Source: a virus
Direction: 5' to 3' (one strand)
Virus record (IMG/VR): IMGVR_UViG_3300045988_058293
Span: 1-38,254 of that record
Length of the DNA stretch: 38,254 bases
Shown here: positions 31,783 through 38,254 of the stretch, one piece after another
Layout of the letters: the number at the start of each line of letters is the position of its first letter
Numbering within the stretch: the first letter of the stretch is position 1
Program-made: the position numbers and the translations under genes
The notes under the pieces: model-generated
The model's database searches: none
Told to the model about the DNA's origin: nothing
What the model saw: the letters and a program-made list of their open reading frames with translations, nothing else

Positions 31783-33776
31783 TGTACCTGATACAGAATA
31801 TAGTAGACGGCCATGTGTATCCTCTGCATGACCAGAAGAGCGACGTTTTAAGGGTGCTGGAACCACGCCTTGTATTAACGATTAACAAAACGGGGCAACT
31901 GGAATTTATGATTCCTCCAGCGCACGAATATTATAATACCATCAAGAAACTGAAATCCATCATACAGGTGATTGAAGATGGAGAGCTGATCTATGAGGGG
32001 CGGGCAATTTCAGATGAATCTGATTTCTACAATATAAAGAAGATTGTATGCGAGGGAAGCATGGGATACTTAATTGACAGTATTCAGCGCCCATTCTCAA
32101 ACACTGGGAATATTAATGATTTTCTTTCCTTTCTGATCGATAACCATAATAAGCAGGTAGAGGCGCGGAAACAATTTCTTCTTGGCACTGTAAATGTGGT
32201 CGATGATGAATCAAACATTACGCGGGAAAGCACAAAACTGGATAACACATGGAACACAGTAAACACCTATTTGATAAGCAAGTATGGCGGGTGCCTGTAC
32301 GTCAAATACCAGGACGGAAAGAAGTATCTGAATTATACCTATGACCATGGAGGGTATAACGATCAGAAGATACGCTTCGGTGTGAATTTGCTTGATCTTA
32401 CGAAATACCAGGACGCGACGGAAATCGCCACGCGGTTAATACCATACGGCGCTGAGGTAGAGTACCAGGACGAGCAGGGAGAAAGACAGACAAGAACTAT
32501 TAATATTACATCCGTAAACAATGGGATCGATTATATCACAGCAGATCAGAGCGTGGTTGAGGAGTACGGGCTTATAACTGCTACCTATCAATGGACTGAT
32601 GTAACAGAACCAGCCGTTCTACTTGAAAAAGCTAAAGCACTACTGAAGGAACTTACCAACATACCTGATACGCTGACTGTAAAAGCCCTCGATCTCAATT
32701 ATACTGGGGTAGATATCAGAAGGTTTAAGCTGGGACGCTGGACAACAGCAGAGAGCAAGCCACACGGAGTAAAGAAAGATATGCTTCTTGCAAAGCTTGA
32801 CCTATATCTCGATGATCCTAAAAAGGGTAGTATATCCCTTGGCTCAACGGTAAAGACATTCACGGCTGCGAATGTCAGCAAACAGGTAGAGTTGTCAAAC
32901 TCCATTAAAAAGGTGGGAGAATCCGCTTCCAGTGAGATCAGGCGTAAGGTGGAGAATGCAACATCACTCATAACCGGAGGACTTGGCGGGTATGTCGTTT
33001 TGGACGTTGAGGACCCATTGACCGGTAAGAAAATCCACCCATGGCGAATCCTGGTGATGAATACACCGGACAAAAACACGGCTACCCATGTGATCCAGCT
33101 TAATCAGAATGGCCTTGGTTTCTCTACAACCGGTATAAATGGACCATACCGGAACGCTTGGACAATTGATGGTAATCTTGTGGCTGATTTCATAACATCC
33201 GGTACGATGCTGGCGGATAGAATCCGCGGTGGCATACTGGAGGTGGGCGGCGCTGGCCTGGCGAAAGATGGGAGCATTACCGTTAAGAATGCACAGGGTG
33301 AGGTGATCGGTACATGGGATAAGACCGGCCTGCATGTACTTCTTGGCATTATCGAAGGTAGCACTATCAAAGGATCATCAATCATAGGCGGTAGGATTAA
33401 TATCGGTAATGGTACATTTGAGGTGGACAGCGACGGATCAGTGATTATAAATTCTGGTGAGATTAATATCGGAAATGTGTTTATTACAGAAAATTATGCT
33501 TGGATTAATGGGTTTGGCATTTCTGACATGACTTTGTATAGTAAAGATGCAGGTAATTCTATTGTATTATCTACTCAAGAATTTGATGGAACAGGGCCAG
33601 CACTTGAATTAAAAAGAGACGGTATGATAACCCGTGTTGGTTATAGTGGTATTGTCACAGGAGATATAATTTTCGATGATCCTTGGACGGAAAATATGTC
33701 CGCACTAGATATGTTTAAGGATTTGTATGGCAGAGTAAGAGAGTTGAGGGATAGAATAGATGAATTGGAGGGTTGA
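31782..33776 (+). CDS. Tail-associated lysin-type baseplate protein (Tal, prophage-tail family)
   Basis: 664 aa after Dit. N-terminus typical of phage minor structural / prophage tail endopeptidase proteins. Confidence 0.75.
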   Translation: MYLIQNIVDGHVYPLHDQKSDVLRVLEPRLVLTINKTGQLEFMIPPAHEYYNTIKKLKSIIQVIEDGELIYEGRAISDESDFYNIKKIVCEGSMGYLIDSIQRPFSNTGNINDFLSFLIDNHNKQVEARKQFLLGTVNVVDDESNITRESTKLDNTWNTVNTYLISKYGGCLYVKYQDGKKYLNYTYDHGGYNDQKIRFGVNLLDLTKYQDATEIATRLIPYGAEVEYQDEQGERQTRTINITSVNNGIDYITADQSVVEEYGLITATYQWTDVTEPAVLLEKAKALLKELTNIPDTLTVKALDLNYTGVDIRRFKLGRWTTAESKPHGVKKDMLLAKLDLYLDDPKKGSISLGSTVKTFTAANVSKQVELSNSIKKVGESASSEIRRKVENATSLITGGLGGYVVLDVEDPLTGKKIHPWRILVMNTPDKNTATHVIQLNQNGLGFSTTGINGPYRNAWTIDGNLVADFITSGTMLADRIRGGILEVGGAGLAKDGSITVKNAQGEVIGTWDKTGLHVLLGIIEGSTIKGSSIIGGRINIGNGTFEVDSDGSVIINSGEINIGNVFITENYAWINGFGISDMTLYSKDAGNSIVLSTQEFDGTGPALELKRDGMITRVGYSGIVTGDIIFDDPWTENMSALDMFKDLYGRVRELRDRIDELEG

Positions 33777-33792
33777 ACCGAAGGTATATAGA

Positions 33793-33801
33793 TGATATAA
33801 T
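33793..33801 (+). promoter_or_regulatory. Extended -10 promoter (TGaTATAAT) of the secreted-protein moron
   Basis: gaTGaTATAAT lies 22 nt upstream of the ATG at 33824. Confidence 0.4.
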
Positions 33802-33823
33802 ATAGTCAGAAAGGGGTGAAAAA

Positions 33824-34369
33824 ATGTTTAAAAAAATGTCTTTGCTGACTATTGTTTTAACATTTAGTTTGCTTTTTGGTTCGTTTGTTATGGCTGATGT
33901 AGTTAATGGTGATTTCATACGTAAATCTCCGCTGAATGAAGAGGAAAATTCAACATATGAATGGACGTGGCTTAATGACGAGCATTGTGTACAGTTTACA
34001 ACGAAGGATGATAAACTAAAGAGAGAACATATTGAGAGAAAATTCAATATGGGACTGCTTCCACAGTGGGCGGTAAATGGGGATAATGGAACCGGTGTTG
34101 TAAAAAAGAGGGACACATATTCTGGAAAGTGGACTCAGAGCGACAAGGGAATATGGTCGTTTGAGTTTGATGATAGGACTATTCCGGTAGGCGTAACAAA
34201 AATTGATGATGTTATGTATGCATTTAACGGATATGGTGAGTTAGTAGAAGGCTACGAATATTACGACGATTTAACAACCGGAGCCGACGGAGTAGTCAAC
34301 TCAGACAATCCCGATTTTTTAGCTTGGCTGGAAACACAATACGTGCCGGCGTGCACGAGTCATGAATAA
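33824..34369 (+). CDS. Secreted protein with signal peptide (moron inside the tail module)
   Basis: MFKKMSLLTIVLTFSLLFGSFVMADVV signal peptide. C-terminal CW_binding-like aromatic repeats (GKWTQSDKGIWSF, MYAFNGYGELVEG). Has its own terminator. Confidence 0.75.
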   Translation: MFKKMSLLTIVLTFSLLFGSFVMADVVNGDFIRKSPLNEEENSTYEWTWLNDEHCVQFTTKDDKLKREHIERKFNMGLLPQWAVNGDNGTGVVKKRDTYSGKWTQSDKGIWSFEFDDRTIPVGVTKIDDVMYAFNGYGELVEGYEYYDDLTTGADGVVNSDNPDFLAWLETQYVPACTSHE

Positions 34370-34380
34370 TAAATTTACTG

Positions 34381-34410
34381 AGAGCGAGGATAATTTCCCC
34401 GCTCTTTTTC
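34381..34410 (+). terminator. Intrinsic terminator of the moron
   Basis: AGAGCGAGG-ATAATTT-CCCCGCTCT followed by TTTTC. Confidence 0.65.
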
Positions 34411-34420
34411 TGTGTCAAGT

Positions 34421-34464
34421 AAATTGTCACGTTTGTCACACCGAAATATGATACAATTTAAAAT
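34421..34464 (+). promoter_or_regulatory. Conserved late promoter element, copy 2
   Basis: AAATTGTCACGTTTGTCACACCGAAATATGATACAATTTAAAAT. 40/44 identical to 17520-17563. Confidence 0.6.
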
Positions 34465-34478
34465 AGGAAAACCAGCAA

Positions 34479-34508
34479 AAGAGCGCTTGAAAACAGGCGT
34501 TCTTTTTT
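34479..34508 (+). terminator. Terminator-like hairpin in the leader of the tail-fibre operon
   Basis: AAGAGCGC-TTGAAAACAG-GCGTTCTT followed by TTTT, 25 nt before the ATG at 34533. Confidence 0.5.
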
Positions 34509-34532
34509 GTATGCCTGAAAGGAAGTGAAGAC

Positions 34533-35078
34533 ATGGCAGATATAAGTAAGGAAATACAAGATTTCAGGACTGCGAGAAAGGGGAAGGATGTACGAAACTC
34601 CATGATATCCTTGGCTCAAAAGGTAAATAAAGATGGAGAAGACGCCATTGCAAACGTAGCAGCTCAAGTTACTAGAATTAATGGAGCAATTACTACGGCA
34701 AATAAAGCAGTAACCGATGCGAACGCGGCGACAGCAAGAGCAAATGAAACATTGAACCACGCTGATAATATTCTTGATAAAGCCACACAACAGGCGACAA
34801 GCTCCGCTGAAAGCGCTACCGCAGCAGAAAGTTGGGCGGTGGGAGGTACTGGAAGTCGGACGGGTGAGAACACTAATAACAGCGAATATTATAGCAATCA
34901 GGCTCAAACATCCGCCAATAATGCCAAAAATGAAGCTGATCGGGCAGCACAGTATTCTCAGATTGTGGCGCCCGGTTTTTATTTTGATCCAGAAACTTCC
35001 ACGCTTTATATAAAAGCAGGAATAGGCGTGGATTTTGTGGTATCTGATGCAACGATTTACTGGAAAGTTACAGCTTAA
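34533..35078 (+). CDS. Tail fibre / baseplate-associated structural protein (181 aa)
   Basis: Ala/Thr/Asn-rich coiled segment. C-terminal YFDPETSTLYIKAGIGVDFVVSDATIYWKV module shared with the 36720-36932 gene. Confidence 0.6.
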   Translation: MADISKEIQDFRTARKGKDVRNSMISLAQKVNKDGEDAIANVAAQVTRINGAITTANKAVTDANAATARANETLNHADNILDKATQQATSSAESATAAESWAVGGTGSRTGENTNNSEYYSNQAQTSANNAKNEADRAAQYSQIVAPGFYFDPETSTLYIKAGIGVDFVVSDATIYWKVTA

Positions 35079-35089
35079 GGAGGGGTTAT

Positions 35090-35563
35090 ATGATTGTAGC
35101 CAAATTTTCGGGATACTGTACAACCTCCGCGTATGGGCTTACTCAATGGGACTATGGTCAGGAACTTGCACTGGAGTGCCCGGATATTGATATACCGGAC
35201 GGCACGGAAATAAATTTTTATCAGGGTAAGCTATCAAGTATAGATTATCTGAAAAATAAACATGCCATGATCCCAGATATCATGCTTCAAAATGCGGGTG
35301 AAATAACCGCATATGTGTACATAAGGTCTCCAGACAGCGGAGAAACAATTTTGTCAATTCAGCTCCCCATACGGGAACGGCCACAACCAGATAATTATGT
35401 TCTGCCAGAATATAAGGATTATGTAAGGTTGCTTCCACCGGGAGGAGAGTCAGGTCAGGCACTTATAAAAAAGACGGGTGATGATTTTGACACACAGTGG
35501 ATTGATGATGCTGGAATGGAAGAAATGACAGACGATGAAGTCGATGCGATTTTTTTAAATTAA
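35090..35563 (+). CDS. Hypothetical tail-module protein (157 aa)
   Basis: aaggagggg RBS. Positional call. Confidence 0.6.
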   Translation: MIVAKFSGYCTTSAYGLTQWDYGQELALECPDIDIPDGTEINFYQGKLSSIDYLKNKHAMIPDIMLQNAGEITAYVYIRSPDSGETILSIQLPIRERPQPDNYVLPEYKDYVRLLPPGGESGQALIKKTGDDFDTQWIDDAGMEEMTDDEVDAIFLN

Positions 35564-35572
35564 GGAGGGCAT

Positions 35573-36706
35573 ATGGGAAAATATTTTTCTACAGGAAATG
35601 CTACAAGATTTTGGAATAATGTAAAAAGTTGGGCGCAAGATCAGTTCGTGGTTAAAGTTACAGGAAAGGGATTATCTACAGAGGATTATACTACAGCCGA
35701 GAAGAACAAACTGGCTGATCTGCATAATACTACTGTAGATAGTGCATTATCCAGTTCATCCACAAATCCGGTACAAAATAAGGTTGTTAATACAGCTTTA
35801 AGCGGAAAGGTACCGACGACGCGCAAGGTTAATAATAAGGCACTGTCAGCAGATATAACGCTTGCGGCTGGAGACGTTGGCGCAATTCCATCGACACAGA
35901 AGGGAGCAGCTGGAGGCGTGGCAGAATTAGACGATTCCGGCCATGTTCCGGCGGCTCAGTTGCCATCTTATGTGGACGATGTAATCGATTCCTATATTGT
36001 AACTGGAGCTACAGCGTTTTCAGCAGGGTGGTTGTCACTTACTTCAGGAGGGGCAGCGCTGACTCCGGAAAGCGGGAAGCTTTATATTATATTAAGTCCC
36101 GGAGATTATAACATGAGAGAGTACCGGTGGAGCGGTACGGCTTATGGACAGGTCAATGGGGGAATAGTAATTGGTACGACATCTTCTACTGCTGGCCGTG
36201 GAGATTGGACGAAAGCAGCCTACGATCACAGCCAGGCAGCTCATGCACCGACAAACGCAGAACAGAATGTACAGTCTGACTGGAGTGTGACAGATACATC
36301 ATCTGATGCCTATATCAAAGGGAAACCGACCTCCATGCCTGCAAACGGCGGTAATGCGGCTACGGTTGGGGGACATACGGTTGCAGTGGATGTGCCAGCA
36401 AATGCAGTATTTACAGATACGAAACCCGTTGCTATGAAGGGCGCGACGGCTTCAGCCGCTGGCGCCGCTGGCTACGTTCCCGCTCCGCCAGCAGGATCAC
36501 AGACAAAGTTTTTGAGGGCTGACGGAACATATCAAACACCCGCTAATACAACGTACTCCGCATTTAAAGGCGCTACAGCCTCCGCGGCTGGTGGAACTGG
36601 ATTAGTCCCGGCTCCTGCATCTGGAAGACTAGATGCGGTATTATGTGCGGACGGAACGTGGGCGGACCCGATGACTGATGCAGAGATAGACGCAATATGC
36701 GTATAA
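35573..36706 (+). CDS. Tail fibre protein with GxxGxVPAP repeats
   Basis: Repeats KGATASAAGAAGYVPAPPAGSQTKFLRADGTYQTP and KGATASAAGGTGLVPAPASGRLDAVLCADGTWADP, plus GAAGGVAELDDSGHVPAAQLP. Confidence 0.8.
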   Translation: MGKYFSTGNATRFWNNVKSWAQDQFVVKVTGKGLSTEDYTTAEKNKLADLHNTTVDSALSSSSTNPVQNKVVNTALSGKVPTTRKVNNKALSADITLAAGDVGAIPSTQKGAAGGVAELDDSGHVPAAQLPSYVDDVIDSYIVTGATAFSAGWLSLTSGGAALTPESGKLYIILSPGDYNMREYRWSGTAYGQVNGGIVIGTTSSTAGRGDWTKAAYDHSQAAHAPTNAEQNVQSDWSVTDTSSDAYIKGKPTSMPANGGNAATVGGHTVAVDVPANAVFTDTKPVAMKGATASAAGAAGYVPAPPAGSQTKFLRADGTYQTPANTTYSAFKGATASAAGGTGLVPAPASGRLDAVLCADGTWADPMTDAEIDAICV

Positions 36707-36719
36707 TGGGGGTGGCCCT

Positions 36720-36932
36720 ATGCAAAAGCCATTAACAGCACGGGGAGTATCCCGGCTATGGGAAAATATTAAAACGTATATTACAGAAAATACGTATCCA
36801 CGAGGTGATCCGCCGGACCTGTATTTTGATCCAGAAACAGCAACGTTATATATAGGAAAGCCGAATGTGTTGTACGATTTTGTAGTTTCGGATGGAAGAT
36901 TATATTACAAAGACAGAGGAGGTAATACTTAA
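36720..36932 (+). CDS. Small mosaic tail-fibre-related protein (70 aa)
   Basis: The N-terminus (VSRLWENIKTYI) resembles that of the 35573 gene (ATRFWNNVKSWA). The C-terminus (YFDPETATLYI..DFVVSD) resembles the end of the 34533 gene. Confidence 0.6.
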   Translation: MQKPLTARGVSRLWENIKTYITENTYPRGDPPDLYFDPETATLYIGKPNVLYDFVVSDGRLYYKDRGGNT

Positions 36933-37796
36933 ATGGCAGCACCAGCAGGATATACAGAGTTAGGGCGCATAGGTTTCGTAGATCGTGGTACGTATGCGTC
37001 AGGTACCACATATCGGATCGGTGATGTGGTATATTACAATGGGAGTACATGGAGTGCTCTTAAAGACAATTTGAAAGGTGTGACACCAGCCACAGGAGCG
37101 AATTGGAAATACATGGCGAGAGGATTCGCCGCTGAGGCACTTTCCGCGGTTACTGCAAAGGATACGAGCGGAGTATTGGGGACAGCAGGAGCAAGCGTGA
37201 CATCACAGGCTTTAGTTGACGCTATTGCTGATAAGGTCATGACAAAACTCATTGAAAAAAGCAAGATCGTAAATAATCTGCTTGCGACGGACGCCTCAAC
37301 CGTATTAAGTGGCCCGATGGGAAAGTCTCTCGATGAAAAGATTGGTGGAGTAATTAGTGATTTAGGTGATGTAAAAACCGATATTAGCCTCCAGCCAGTA
37401 ACAGGCATCGATATCCTAACGCTTACCACAGGACGTTACTATGCAACTAATTGTACAAATTTACCCACGGGCTGGGTCGCTGCTTATCTGGACGTTGAGC
37501 GTCTCGATAACAAATGGTGTCGCATCACGGCGTGGCCTCCGTATGATGGTCAAAATAGTCCACAAATCACCAAACAAGATAATGGTACATGGCGAGGCTG
37601 GAAAGACATAATGGATGATAAAATAAGCTTTGAGGGTGTCGGAAAAGTGACTTTTGCGCAAAACTCGACAGCTACGAGTATTAGAATGTATACAACGGCT
37701 GTTAATTATTTGTATATTGAGTTTTTGACAGCCACCAAAAATATTAAGTTTGGCTTTTATAATGGGGCGACATGGACGGATTACTGGATTATGTAG
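36933..37796 (+). CDS. Tail fibre / receptor-binding protein; proposed expression site of the C-terminal cassette switch
   Basis: 287 aa. Constant part is aa 1-140, the core motif I-S-D-L-G is at aa 141-145, and the variable C-terminus is aa 146-287. Confidence 0.8.
   Translation: MAAPAGYTELGRIGFVDRGTYASGTTYRIGDVVYYNGSTWSALKDNLKGVTPATGANWKYMARGFAAEALSAVTAKDTSGVLGTAGASVTSQALVDAIADKVMTKLIEKSKIVNNLLATDASTVLSGPMGKSLDEKIGGVISDLGDVKTDISLQPVTGIDILTLTTGRYYATNCTNLPTGWVAAYLDVERLDNKWCRITAWPPYDGQNSPQITKQDNGTWRGWKDIMDDKISFEGVGKVTFAQNSTATSIRMYTTAVNYLYIEFLTATKNIKFGFYNGATWTDYWIM
37352..37366 (+). repeat. Core repeat S1 (AATTAGTGATTTAGG) inside the tail-fibre gene, putative recombination site
   Basis: 13/15 identical to AAATAGTGATTTAGC. 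The 11-bp TAGTGATTTAG is identical in all four copies. Same reading frame as in the cassettes. Confidence 0.6.
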
Positions 37797-37800
37797 ATGA

Positions 37801-38134
37801 TTATCTTGTAGTTGGATAAATACAGCTCATACTCAGATTAGTGGCCAATGCCTTACTTATATATATGTACAGTTTGTTTTCTGCTGCTTTTAATGTACCA
37901 TTGACCTGTATAGTATTATCATCTGCTATTGCACTCCGCGCTCTGTACACTGGCACATCCATAAGTGGCCTGACATCATCATCACAAAAGGCTACCTCAA
38001 CCCAGCCAGACGATCCGGCAGAGATCGTAAAAATACATTGCACCATATGGCCGATTTTATAAGCCAATACGTAAGACACCGGTGCGTTTTTGTAAAAGTG
38101 TGCGGTGACGTCTTTCACTGCTAAATCACTATTT
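37801..38134 (-). other. Silent tail-fibre C-terminal cassette a (no ATG or RBS), convergent with the expressed C-terminus
   Basis: Minus strand reads NSDLA-VKDVTAHFYKNAPVSY...ENKLYIYISKALATNL.... The track start at 38118 is a GTG with no RBS, directly after the core. Lies 4 bp from the fibre stop codon. Confidence 0.65.
38120..38134 (-). repeat. Core repeat S2 (AAATAGTGATTTAGC on the minus strand), putative recombination site
   Basis: Plus strand reads gctaaatcactattt. Inverted relative to S1. Confidence 0.6.
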
Positions 38135-38155
38135 AAATGAATAAGAAACTTGTTA

Positions 38156-38254
38156 ATCAGAGCTGAAAGGCTCTTATTTTTATACCCGAAAAGGGAGAAA
38201 GGAGTCCGTACATGAAGGACACTATGATCTTAAAAAATGGAACTATTATTGAAC
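38156..38254. repeat. Right copy of the 99-bp terminal direct repeat
   Basis: Identical to bases 1-99. Includes the start of the 57-437 gene. Confidence 0.95.

Larger units (their letters stand above)
1..38155. mobile_element. Complete temperate siphovirus-type phage genome (one unit), circularly permuted in this window
   Basis: Integrase+attP, repressor switch, replication, terminase, portal, capsid, tape measure, tail fibre and lysis modules are all present. The window ends overlap by 99 bp. Confidence 0.85.

Noticed and set aside
34533-38134. Diversity-generating retroelement (DGR) acting on the fibre genes
   Set aside because: No reverse transcriptase gene is present anywhere in the genome. 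No template/variable repeat pair with adenine-specific differences was seen. The repeats found are short exact cores and cassette paralogues.

Overview
The window is one complete, circularly permuted genome of a temperate siphovirus-type phage. Bases 1-99 are identical to 38156-38254, so the unit length is 38,155 bp. Host signals point to Firmicutes/Clostridia: GAAC-N4-GTTC LexA boxes, CW_binding_1 repeats, L27/Prp-type NLQxFA propeptides, and a tRNA-Gly(GCC) fragment in attP.

Gene order:
- Hypothetical gene, XkdX-like gene, holin and endolysin (57-1996).
- An accessory island (2.0-5.3 kb). It is governed by a ribbon-helix-helix (RHH) gene whose palindromic operators fill the spacers of two consensus promoters.
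- An orphan pair of start-less tail-fibre C-terminal cassettes (5.3-6.0 kb).
- attP (tRNA-Gly 3' fragment plus arm-type repeats) and the integrase.
- A LexA-box-flanked promoter with a 38-aa ORF, then the XRE repressor / early-promoter switch.
- Early and replication genes: ERF annealase, two HNH nucleases, replisome organiser, and a protein consisting only of the LexA DNA-binding domain.
- A second tyrosine recombinase plus a sigma-region-4-like late regulator.
- A 44-bp late promoter present twice, each copy followed by an intrinsic terminator.
- Packaging, head (with a phage Prp protease), tail, tape measure, Dit/Tal and tail fibres.

Main candidate for a new system: the last tail-fibre gene (36933-37796) appears to be the expression site of a shufflon-like, G-segment-like receptor-binding-domain switch.
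- A conserved core (TAGTGATTTAG, 14-15 bp extended) occurs four times, always in frame (I/N-S-D-L-G/A).
- The four copies form two inverted pairs. Each pair flanks two convergent C-terminal coding cassettes.
- Three of the four cassettes have no start codon or RBS yet stay open for 105-126 codons.
- No serine invertase is present. The only recombinases are two tyrosine recombinases.

All functional calls come from motifs read by eye. No database search was possible.
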